Assembly (NCBI GenBank): GCA_026025075.1
Contig: JAPEUI010000112.1
Coordinates: 1-51,006, forward strand
Source of the DNA: Vezdaea acicularis
Lineage: Eukaryota
DNA length: 51,006 nucleotides
Reading direction: 5' to 3'
Made by a program: the position numbers and the translations under genes. The notes under the pieces are model-generated. The model was not told the DNA's origin. It did no database searches and was given only the letters and a program-made list of their open reading frames with translations. Shown one piece after another: positions 1-15,020 of the stretch. How positions within the stretch are numbered: position 1 is the stretch's first letter; every line of letters starts with the position of its first letter.

Positions 1-2450
1 AACTAAGATGATGCAAGAGAAGGCGGCGGAGAGCGATGAAACTGAAACAAGTGACAAAGGCCGATGACTGAGGCCAGCGCAGCGGCCGCCTCCAACGCCA
101 TCCATTCGCCCTCGCCCTTGCGGTTGCAGTTCCGTTCGCATCTGATCGACTAATACCGAAGAGCATCGCATCCACAGCGGGACGGAATGTGGTCCTCTCA
201 GCGACACGAGCAGAACAAGCCGTGCGAAGGGTTGAGGGTCGCAAGGTCCGTGCAATCCCGTTGTGGCCCCCCCTCCATCGTCAAACGAACACGGCCCCCT
301 CCGGCGTGACGGGCTGCGAGTACAACGATATACCGTACTTTGCTAACTCGGTGTTTATTCTGAATGGACAGGACGAACACGAGGGAGCGAGACAGTCGGA
401 CAGACGCAACCCGCGTTTGCAAGGCAGCGCTCGCTGCTGTCAGACGTGCATCGCCAGTTGCCCCATTATCCCGTCCCGACCGAACTTCGATCGCATAACG
501 GCGAGATAGATACTTTCCTAACCGCTGCGGCGCTTAACGAGATCGAATCACATCGCCGACCAACCACCACACGCCCTCAGGAGGAGCCATGATACGCCGC
601 GAATCATCGTCTCGAAGCGCCCTCTCCACGGGCCCCCTTCATCGACGATGCTCGAGGATGGCGCGCTCGCTCGCTCGGGCTGCCCTGACGTGGCACCGGT
701 GAACCCTCTTACCGTCGGCGGCAGTGTGATCAAATCAACTCGCCCAGTTGCGCCGCTCGACTAGACCAAGGGACCGGATGGCAAAAAGTAACTTTCCCTT
801 AAGCCAGAGATAGAGAACAATAAGCCGCATCGATGCCGAATGCCCGTTTCCGGCGTCGTGCATCATCTTGACGGGTTTGACCGCCTTGGCTAGCCCGTCA
901 CCTGGCGTGCGGGATGAGGAATGAAAAAAGCGACGGTCGATGGCAATGATATGATACACGATGCGCGACGAGAATGCACCAAGTACCTTTGGGATGTATT
1001 GTACCTGAGAGCAAGCGAGAGAGTCGAAAGAACGGCTGGGATGATCCACGTTTCCCCGTGCCCGCCCGAAGATGTCTTCCATCCCATCCGGCGCGCATGG
1101 CGTCGCTGTGCGGCAGAATATCTGACGGCTTGCATCTCTCTGCTCTTTCTGGGGCGCGCACATCCACGCACATGCGCGATAGACACCGATCTGTGAGAGG
1201 AGGAAGAAGACGAGACGGATATGGTAATTGCAAATGCGCCCGAGCCCGGACGTTGAAATATCTCGTCTCCTCTATTTCGATCGAGGGCTAGCACACCTCG
1301 GGTCGCGCGGATGGAGCAGCACACCCGCAGATACGGCCATCATAACTCTTCCACGACATCTGACGTGAACCCCCTGGCACGCTGCAGCGAGCGAGCATGT
1401 GGATGTGGACGCGGATGTGAATGTCGATGAAATGTGGACGCCAAGCTCAAACAAGGAATTTTCCACACGAGAATGCCCTAACCGAAAAGAAGGGGGGAAA
1501 GGGAAGACCATGGGAAAAGACCGCGGCTCCGCTCGACCCTATCACATCAACTCCACCTCGATAGACACCTATCAGCATCAGCCACCCCCTCCCCGACTTA
1601 TCAGAACGAGCTAGTCAACGACTCGAGTAGTCAATCGCGTCTCAGAGCTTTTCTTGCATTCTGCAGCCACCTCATCCCCTGCCAAGACCATATCACCAGA
1701 CCCCGCCCCTCTCTTAGCTCGAGCTTTTTCGATAAAGCCCACCCCGCTTGCCCAATCAGATTGCAGCAGCCATCAATCATGCTCAGTTAATATCCTAATG
1801 TCTGAATCCCTACTGGCTTTTAGAATGGGAGAGGAGGGGGGTGGGGGGGGACAGGATAGGCATATGACATGTGCGTACGAGGAGTACATCATCATCATCA
1901 TCACCATGATATCAGCACCCTTCCTCCCTCCCTCCGTCCTGTTATTGGCGTGGGGGTTTGTTTTTATTGTCGTCGGGGTTGACTGCTATGTGACCTTCAG
2001 GCTACGAAGGTGTCACGTTGGCGGGCAGACGGATGGATTTCGTTATAACGGGAAGAGCATTTCACGCAACGGTCAGATTATCAGAGTCGTGTTTGAAGAA
2101 AGCTGGCTCTTGATTTGATTAGTTATGACTAGGGTGTGCTTATATGTATAGGGCTAGGCACAGAAACCGTGAACGCCTTGCTGGCTGCTGCCATGGCCGG
2201 TCCTTGGTCAGTAGAACTTCCCTCCAATTATCACTCGCCATCTCCTTCGCTTCATGACTCAATCAAAAGTTCAAAGGCTCACACGTGAATATGCGGCTAG
2301 AAATCGCAAGGCTGAACCACTCTATCTGGCAAAGATCAGAAGGCTACCACTCATGACCTCCAAGAATCTAGATCGCACAGAACGAGAGCTGCCAATCTCG
2401 TCCGTTAGGGACTCAAGCTATTCTATCGCTCAAGTCTTAAATTAGATCAC

Positions 2451-5400
2451 ATGGATCAGGTGGAAACAGGGATCGACCGTGAGGAGCATGGCCTGTGTTT
2501 ACTCTCTCTTGGTGAATACTGCTCCTTCGTATGTTACTCAGGCCTTACACTAACGTTTCCTGGGACTTGTAGATGGTGGTGGTGTGCGTGGGCTGTCGAC
2601 GCTCTACATTCTTCAAGGGCTGATGAAAAGGATCAATCTGGAGCGCACAAAAGCTGGGCTCTCGAAAGTAAAGCCATGCGAGGTATTCGACCTTATTGGA
2701 GGTACATCCACTGGCGGGTGAGTCTTCTCTAAAGTAAAGTCTCAAGCAGACAGAAGCTATTTCTGGAAACCCAAACAGATTAGGACCCTTACTGACCTGC
2801 GGTCCTCCAGCCTTATTGCCATAATGCTTGGTCGTCTTGAGATGGATGTCGAGTCGTGTATTGACGCTTACACGCGTCTGATGGGGGATGTGTTCAGCAA
2901 GCGTAAGAAGCCAATCGACTGGCGACTCAACGTCAAGGGACAGTTCAGCTCCAAAGATCTCGAAACAGCAATCAAAAGCCTGATACCCCCACGCGAAGAT
3001 GCAGAAAAGGCTCTACTCAATGATAGCTTGTCGGAGAGGCGAGCATGTCGAGTGTGAGCGACTGCTCAACAAGATAGATTCTATTCGCCATAGCACTGAC
3101 CTAGTCTAGATTCGTATGCGCCGTCCGGAAGAGCAACAAGTCGCTAGCAAGATTTCGCAGCTACTCTTGCGATGCTTACTTGACCGAAGAAGGCGTTACC
3201 ATCTGGCAGGCTGCACGAGCGACTTCTGCAGCCACGTCTTTTTTCGATCCTATCACAATCGGAGAAGGAGCTCAAGGCCGAGAATACGTTGATGGTGCTC
3301 TCGGATTCAACAATCCACTGGATGAAGTTTGGCTCGAAGCACAAGATATCTGGACGCCGGAGGATGGTAAACTTGAGTCGATGCTGAAATGTATCGTCTC
3401 CATAGGGACCGGGAATCCGGGAACTTCTACGATCGGAGATAAGCCATGGACGATTCTTGAAACTCTCAAAGACATTGCCACATCGACTGAGAACACCGAA
3501 CGAGTGTTCGCTATGAAGCACAAGGACCTTCTCATCAACAATGAGCGGCGGTATTTTAGATTCAATGTCGAGCAAGGATTACAGAATGTGGGCCTAGAAG
3601 AACACGAGCGCCAAGGCGAGATTGTTGATGCGACAATGGCATATCTGAATGATCATCAAGTCGTTAGAAATCAATTTCGGGATTGCGCTCTTAATCTATG
3701 CCGTAAGGAATGTATGTTAATTGAAGACTTTTCATGAGTATCATATAGCTCAATAACATGTACTGATGCTTTATCAGTCTGGTATGGAAAGAAAACTGAT
3801 TACCACAAATTGGCCTTCGCATTTCCAGAATCCTCGATTGATCCATTCAAAGTAACCTTCTATCTGTCTGATGCGCCAGAGATTGATTACTTCACGGGCA
3901 GGGAATCAATTATGACATCAATGGAGCGGATTCTCCTACCTTTCGATGAGCCACAACGCAAAGTGGTCGTACTACATGGCTTGGGAGGAATAGGAAAGAC
4001 TCAATCAGCCATTCATTTTGCAAAGCAACATAAACAAAACTACACTGCTGTCTTATGGTTCAACGCCAAAGATGAAGACACATTAGGGCAGAGTTTCCGC
4101 CAACATACTAGCAGAATTCAAGATCAAACTACTCACCAGCTTTTATTAGACGACTCAAAAGATCTGTCTTCACCCAAAAAGCTGGTGCATGCAGTAAAGC
4201 GTTGGCTAGCGTTACCACGGAATGACCAATGGCTGCTGATATTCGACAACGTTGACAATCCAAAGATCCCTCAGAACCGTGACCAGTCAGCGTATGACAT
4301 TCGATCCTACTTTCCAGAAGCTCATCATGGCTCAATCATTGTCACGACGCGCTGGGCAAGTCTTAGAATCGGAAAGCTTGTGGAGGTATCCAAATTGCTG
4401 GACCACAAGCAAAGTCTTCAAATTCTAGCGCAGACTTCTGGCCGAGTCGACATAGAAGAAGGTAAGCTTAGGTGTTCGCTCCCAATTGTAACATTATACT
4501 GACACGAGATAGAGCCTAAGGTGAGGGAGTTGGTAGAAACGCTCGACGGGCTTCCTCTTGCATTGGCTACTGCCGGAACATATCTCAGTCTTGAATCAAT
4601 TGCGGTCTCGGAATATCTTCACGAATATCACCAATCATGGTTAGAGCTGCAGCAGACAACTCCGGAGCTATTATCTTACGATCGAACGCTCTACTCTACA
4701 TGGAATATTTCGTACAATCTTATCGCAAAGCAACAAGATGAAGTTGCCATAAATCTCTTGCGACTATGGGCATACTTTGATAATCAAGATCTTTGGTTCG
4801 ATCTTCTAGCCGCTGGAGTGAAGGACACTCCCGTTTGGCTGAAACACGCTGTTCGATCTAAATTGACTTTCACTGCAGCGATGCGCAAATTGTGTGATCA
4901 CAATCTCGTTTACGGTCTAAGAGACTCCGGTGGATATGGCATGCATCCTTGTGTTCATGCCTGGATAGTAAATGTTTTGAACAACAAGTTTGAAGATTGT
5001 AACATTAGTCTGGCTCTCAACTGTGTAGGATCTTTGGTACCAACAGCACCAGCTGTAGGCGATTCGGCCATAAAACGAAGACTTCTGCCTCATGCTAATC
5101 GGTGTATGCGCTTACTATCTGCCAATAATCAGACCGGAGCTGTCCTTGAGATTGCAAACCCAGTTGACATCGATGCCTTTCACAATCTTGGCCTTCTGTA
5201 TAGCGATCTAGGCAAGCTGCAAGAGGCCGAGGCGATGTATCAGCGAGCATTGAAGGGGAAGGAGAAGGCCTGGGGTCCAGATCACACGTCCACGCTCGTG
5301 ACAGTTAACAACCTAGGCAGCCTGTACAGCGACCAAGGCAAGCTGCAAGAGGCCGAGGCGATGTATCAGCGAGCATTGAAGGGGAAGGAGAAGGCCAGGG

Positions 5401-6857
5401 GTCCGAATCACCCGTCCACGCTCGTGACAGTCAACAACCTTGGCCTTCTGTACAGCGACCAAGGCAAGCTGCAAGAGGCCGAGGCGATGTATCAGCGAGC
5501 ATTGAAGGGGAAGGAGAAGGCCTGGGGTCCGGATCACACGTCCACGCTCGTGACAGTCAACAACCTTGGCCATCTGTACAACGACCAAGGCAAGCTGCAG
5601 GAGGCCGAGGCGATGTATCAGCGAGCATTGAAAGGGTACGAGAAGGCCTGGGGTCCAGACCACACGTCCACGCTCGTGACAGTCAACAACCTTGGCCTTC
5701 TGTACAGCGACCAAGGCAAGCTGCAAGAGGCTGAGACGATGTATCAGCGAGCATTGAAGGGGTACGAGAAGGCCTGGGGTCCGAATCACCCGTCCACACT
5801 CGAGACAGTCAATGACCTAGGCTTTCTGTACGGCGCCCAAGGCAAGCTACAGGAGGCCGAGGCAATGTATCAGCGAGCATTGAAGGGGAAGGAGAAGGCC
5901 TTGGGTCCAGATCACACATCCACGCTCAGCACAGTCAACGACCTAGGCAGCCTGTACAGCGCCCAAGACAAGCTGCAGGAGGCTGAGGCGATGTATCAGC
6001 GAGCATTGAAGGGGTACGAGAAGGCCAGGGGTCCGGATCACACGTCCACGCTCAACATAATCAACAACCTAGGCCTTCTGTACAAAGACCAAGGCAAGCT
6101 GCAGGAGGCTGAGGCAATGTATCAGCGAGCATTGAAGGGTTTAGAGAAGGCCTACGGTTCGGTTCACACGTCCACGCTCAACACAGTCAACAACCTAGGC
6201 CTTCTGTACAGCGCCCAAGACAAGCTGCAGGAGGCTGAGACGATGTATCAGCGAGCATTGAAGGGATTGGAGAGGGCCTACGGTCCGGATCACACATCCA
6301 CGCTCAGCACAGTCAATAACCTAGGCATCCTCTACCGCGGCCAAGGCAAGCTACAGGAGGCCGAGGCGATGTATCAGCGAGCATTGAAGGGGTACGAGAA
6401 GGCCAGGGGTCCGGATCACACGTCCACGCTCAACATAATCAACAACCTAGGCTTTCTGTACGGCGCCCAAGGCAAGCTGCAAGAGGCCGAGGCGATGTAT
6501 CAGCGAGCATTGAAGGGGTACGAGAAGGCCAGGGGTCCAGATCACACGTCCACGCTCGGCATAGTCAACAACCTAGGCATCCTGTATAAAGACCAAGGCA
6601 AGCTGCAGGAGGCCGAGGCAATGTATCAGCGAGCACTGAAGGGGTTAGAGAAGGCTTACGGTTCGAATCACACGTCCACGCTCAACACAGTCAACAACCT
6701 AGGCTTTCTGTACGGCGCCCAAGGCAAGCTGCGGGAGGCCGAGGCTATGTATCAGCGAGCATTGAAGGGGTACAAGGAGAAAATGGGCTCAACACATCGA
6801 AATACATTGGTAATATCTGAAAGTCTGCAAAAAATCCACGAGAAAATGATTAGCTAA
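2451..6857 (+). CDS. Fungal NLR: patatin-like phospholipase - NB-ARC - TPR (PLP-1-like architecture), ~1359 aa, 6 exons
   Basis: Exons 2451-2511, 2573-2717, 2811-3053, 3110-3711, 3778-4461, 4513-6857 join in frame through GT-AG introns (4080 nt). Patatin motifs LSLDGGGVRG, GTSTG, DGA; NB-ARC Walker A GLGGIGKT, Walker B WLLIFDNVD, GLPLAL, MHP; C-terminal TPR array. Confidence 0.93.
5181..6818 (+). repeat. Coding tandem array of 13 x 126-bp (42-aa) high-identity TPR repeats
   Basis: Unit consensus NNLGxLYxxQGKLQEAEAMYQRALKGxEKAxGPDHTSTLxxV; DNA core atgtatcagcgagcattgaaggg recurs every 126 nt. Confidence 0.97.
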
Positions 6858-7095
6858 AAATGAAAGAATCCTCAATCGATATTCTAGGCTATGCTGGACT
6901 CGAAAAAGGAAATGTGATCTGGGGTTAATAAGTCTAATGAACGGAAAGGCTCGGATAATTTTCACAAGTCCTTTGGCCTGTGATGATTCGGACATGGAAA
7001 GTGCCGCGAGGTTATAGACTCTTCGGTCGATCTCAAATTGGACCGGAAAATTCGCCATCTACCCAAGGGGTTTTGACGTGACCAGAACATCCATA

Positions 7096-7190
7096 ATATA
7101 CCAAACAACGCCGGATATTCTAGACAACACCGAATATACCAGACAGTGCCGAGTATACCGGATAACGCCAAATACACCAGACAACGCCGA
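7096..7190. repeat. Minisatellite, 5 x 19 bp, degenerate (consensus atataccagacaacgccga)
   Basis: Units at 7096, 7115, 7134, 7153, 7172 read directly. Confidence 0.85.
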
Positions 7191-7261
7191 GAATCAACTC
7201 CAACAGTCAGCGAGATAACTTCACCTTTGGACGCGGTACTAACATCTGGTTTTTGCCCCAG

Positions 7262-7787
7262 ATGTCTTTCCAACAACCCATCATTGAACGGGGGACCTGG
7301 CAATACCTCATGAACGGCGAAACGCCTACGCACAGGCGAAAAAAAGGGGCCGAGGAATGGGGAGGCTATAGAAGTGGCGCCCACCGCCGAAAACGCGTAC
7401 CGGGTCTGCGTGGTACGAGAAAACCAGGGAGACGACGAACCGAAGCATTGGTCCCTCTTTGTCTACCAGGAAGGCGTCATCGGTGGCATGATCATGCAAG
7501 TCAGCGGCGACGCCCTGTTCATGCATCACCTACACGATCCGGACTTTGATATTTTTCATTCCCCTTCTTTCAAAGATCAATTTGACTTGGGAACGGTCAC
7601 GGAAACGCAGCGCGGCCAGATCTGGGCCGCTGCTCACCAAATTGCGCCTCCTCGAGCTGATTCCCAAGCTCAGGTAACCGAGAACTGTCAGGGTTGGACT
7701 ATTCGGTTGGTCCAATGGCTGGTAGAGCAGGGTATGGTTGAACCGCGCTAGATTGAATCGCTCAGGGGCATGACGGAGCCCGTCTGA
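7262..7787 (+). pseudogene. Probable pseudogene of a small fungal protein with permuted papain-like His/Cys motifs (DUF6540-like, tentative)
   Basis: ATG 7262 gives MSFQQPIIERGTWQYL...GAEEW. Removing one base in the A-run (7339-7345) or a G-run (7346-7349 or 7359-7362) links it to EAIEVAPTAENAYRVCVVRENQGDDEPKHWSLF...ENCQGWTIRLV. In-frame TAG at 7749-7751 is followed by IESLRGMTEPV-TGA. Confidence 0.65.
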
Positions 7788-7875
7788 TGGAAACTCTCAT
7801 GGGCGCAGGCGGCTTCGCGAAGAGTTCACGAGGCCGAGAGGGGCGCTGAGTTCAACGCCCAGGGAATGAAGATAT

Positions 7876-7970
7876 GGTTAAACCAGCTTGCCGTGGTTAA
7901 GTCAGCTTGCCGTGGTTAAATCAGCTTGCCGTGGTTAAATCAGCTTGCCGTGGTTAAATCAGCTTCCCGT
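7876..7970. repeat. Minisatellite, 5 x 19 bp, nearly perfect (ggttaaatcagcttgccgt)
   Basis: Units at 7876, 7895, 7914, 7933, 7952, each with at most one substitution from consensus. Confidence 0.95.
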
Positions 7971-8156
7971 CATTTCATCAGTCAAGCCAGTTATGCCAGC
8001 CAGCACAGCTACCGAGGCCATATTTCTACCAACCCCTTAGGTATACAAGTACATAATGAGATAAAGATCTAGAGCGCAATTATGCCACACATATATTTCC
8101 GACTCCTCAAGGACAATGCAATGAATCCGCTCCCAATCCGAGTCCTATCATTACAA

Positions 8157-10377
<2,221 letters not shown>

Positions 10378-10943
10378 ATCGTCCCCTGAATTCGGGCCTC
10401 AACAAAGCTGCTCTTCGCCGGAGCAAGAGAGGGAGGAAGGAGGGCGCTTTCACGCAGATTTAGGGGCTATACAAGCTCCACAACGCAGCGATCGGCGAAG
10501 CGCTGGAAAATTAAAACTTCTCAGGCTGACATGCTGCAGCTCTTACAGTTTCAGAGAAGTAGTGGAATTGTCGACCTATACTAGAAAGAGCGTGTAGAGT
10601 TGGTCAGGTGGCGGTATGAAATCTTGTAGAAAGATGCGATCTTCAAGTACTCTCTCAGGCACGCGATCTTCAATTTGGCGAAGTGGCTTGAATTATTGCC
10701 ATGACAGCTTCGTCACGCGCGGGCACATTAAGGCATTTACTGGCATTTTCATGTCTTATCATCATTTTCTACAAGAGCGCTGCTAATGCTGGAGTAGTAT
10801 TACAATGCTGTAGCGCGCTGTATATTTTAGGAGGTGCGCTAATGTCTCCCCGGGGGTTCTTCAATCTCGACTTCGTGATTGCGGCACAAGACTCTGAGGC
10901 TCTCCTCCGATCATCCATCACCTTGGAATCAGACATACTCATG

Positions 10944-12338
10944 TCACAATTTGGAATACTCAAGTTTCCCCTCCAATTTCTTGCTTTCAGAGACCTTCCT
11001 TACCGCCTTATTCAAGTCGTCTTGATTGATAGCGTCGCGGTAATCTTTAATGGCAAAGAGACCCCTACAAGAATTTTGTATCAGCTAAAGCTCGAGACGC
11101 TGAGGTAGATTACTCACGCTTCCGTAACTACGTTTCGAAGATCTGCTCCGTTAAGCTGATCGCTCATCTTGACCACACTCTCAAAATCAATCTCCCCCTC
11201 TTTCTGGACACCACTTGCGTGAATCTTCAAGATTTCCATCCGGCCGACTTCATTCGGCAGGGGAATCTCAATTTTTCGATCAAGCCGACCTGCTCGTAGC
11301 AGTGCAGGATCCAAGGTATCTGGCCGATTTGTAGCCATGATGATCTTTGTCTTGCCCAAGTAGTCAAAGCCATCCAGTTGATTCAACAGCTCCATCAATG
11401 TTCGCTGGATTTCTCTGTCTGCTGATGTTCCTTCTGAAAATCTTCGACCGCCGATAGCGTCTATTTCGTCCATGAATATAATGCAAGGTTCATGCTCCTT
11501 AGCGTAGCCAAACATTTCACGGATGAGCCTTGCAGATTCGCCGATGTATTTGTCCACAATTGCAGAGGAAACGACTGAAACAGTTGTTAGTCTTGACGCG
11601 ACTGAAGAGTATATTGACATGTACCTTTCAAGAAGTTCGTTTCTAAGCTGCTTGCGACAGCTCTGGCTAGCAGTGTCTTCCCTGTTCCCGGAGGTCCATA
11701 CAACAAGACACCCTTCGGCGGCTTGATTCCGACCCGAAGGAACAGCTCAGGGTTCTTCAATGGGAGCTCGATGACTTCTCGTAGCTCTCGAATCTGCTCA
11801 TTGAGACCGCCAATGCCACCAAAGCTTACCTGCCCCGGATCTTCTAACGACATGTTGTAGACAAGCGGATCAACCTCCCGAGGTAGCATGCGCATTATGG
11901 TTAAGGTGGTCATATCCAGAGCGACACGGGTGTTCTGTTTGAGTTTCGATTTGTCGACCTTTGATCTGCAGCCAACGACATATCTGGGTCCAGAAGAGGC
12001 TTTTACAATGACTAGAACATGCTGTTAGGAAGGTATTTCATCGCCGTTGATAGTACGAAGCAACGACCAGTTTAGTTGAAGCGACGATATGTCTATTCTC
12101 TTAAAGCCGTATGATTCAACTTACATCTCTCTTCATCAAGCTGCTTCAAAACCTCTCCTATTATCTGGCCCACACTTTGTAACGCCTTGATGTTGTCCTC
12201 TGTGACATCGAAAGCCTTCTGAAGGTCCTTGATTTCTAACCTCAAGGCCTTGAGCTTAGCCTCCCACTCCCTTGACTCGAGGAGCTTTGTCTTGAAACTT
12301 CCCAGAGCTTCCTCCCTTTGAGGATCGCTAGAACTCAT
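10944..12338 (-). CDS. RPT4: 26S proteasome AAA-ATPase regulatory subunit 10B
   Basis: [52 protein letters not shown]-terminus EGKLEYSKL*; several introns. Confidence 0.95.
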
Positions 12339-13166
12339 AATGGATGTTGGGGTAGAAGTGGAGCGTGTGATACGAGGTAAATGAGAGAAGTGACAAGCAG
12401 ATGCGACAAGAGCTGCAAGGCTCCTCCGAATTGCTTAATGCGGACCCTAGTGGTCAAAGTATATTCGCACAGACTTGGGAGAGAAGGTCCGGGGAACCCT
12501 GTCCTGGGTCTCAATTCTATAGTCGATTTATTAGTAGAGCAGCCTTGGGTACAGCGAATCCTATTATTCACTATGGTTGTAAGAAAGATGCTCGAATATA
12601 TGATCTCGCCGCGAAAAGTTTCATGTAACAAGGTTGCTAGAGCTCACCCGCTTAGTCAGTTCTGCATATAAGGTGTCTGTCGTTAGCCGCCGATCAAAGC
12701 CGGCCATTAGAACCGCCTTGGCAAAAAGCCCCGCGCATGCTGCCCCTCCAATTGTTGAAGCGGAAGGCTCGAGGGGGAAGGAAGAGAGAGACTACCCCGC
12801 GGAAGCTACGTAGGGCCAACAAGAAAATTTTGGGAGGAACTTTTTAAAGTTCTACATCTGCAGAACATCTGCGCCTTCGTCCCATTTCTGTCACAGGAAT
12901 AGTTCGCGATTCAGTTCATTCAATTAATACAGCTCGTAAGTAATATGACCCCTGAGGGATTTATTTTCTTCATTAGGCCTATGACTATCCGGGAAAGCTT
13001 TTGAGCTTCACCTCACCTTGAGCTAGCCTTATCGGTCGTCTTGGAGCTCTGCTTTTTCGAGATCCGACAAAAATTTGCAAATCACTTGACGTTATAGTGG
13101 ATCGGGCATCTATTTTACTAGATCTCGCGTCCACTCGATCAAATATTATTAGACTACTGTTTCTGA

Positions 13167-14691
<1,525 letters not shown>

Positions 14692-15020
14692 GAAGTAGGA
14701 CGGACTGCAGGCGAACTGCTCCAAGCATGTTGTAAATGCGAGTTGCAAGATACTGCAGACTCCCTCTAGATAGCTCGAAATGAATGTATCAAGAAAACCG
14801 AAGTTGGTCCATAGTAGTATTGCTAAGATTGATAAGGTAGCTCGTTGATGGTTTGCCTCATTTCAAGGGTGACTTCATACTTTGACGGACTATCATTTTC
14901 CCGGAGAATCTAAAAGTTCATCCGCGCTCTACTGTAACATTTTTACCAACGGTTTTCCACCAGTCTAATCCCATGTCTTTCGCCAGCTTTTGATCATGCG
15001 GAATTCTTGTAATATTTGCC

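Noticed and set aside
1826..1903. G-run (gggggg t gggggggg) and short (ATC)n tract
   Set aside because: Ordinary low-complexity sequence with no support for function.
1..2250. Many overlapping short ORFs (189-509, 735-1163, 890-1324, 1654-2118 etc.)
   Set aside because: No recognisable domain or consistent splice structure; expected by chance in GC-rich DNA. May be regulatory sequence for a gene left of the window.
5313..5789. Repetitive antisense ORF of 158 aa
   Set aside because: Shadow of the TPR array on the opposite strand.
7876..7970. Possible CRISPR array or telomeric repeat
   Set aside because: Units are head-to-tail with no spacers, the DNA is eukaryotic, and the unit is not TTAGGG-like.
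12381..12671. Short ORFs between RPT4 and enolase
   Set aside because: Divergent promoter region with no protein motifs; no exact PACE (GGTGGCAAA) element seen either.
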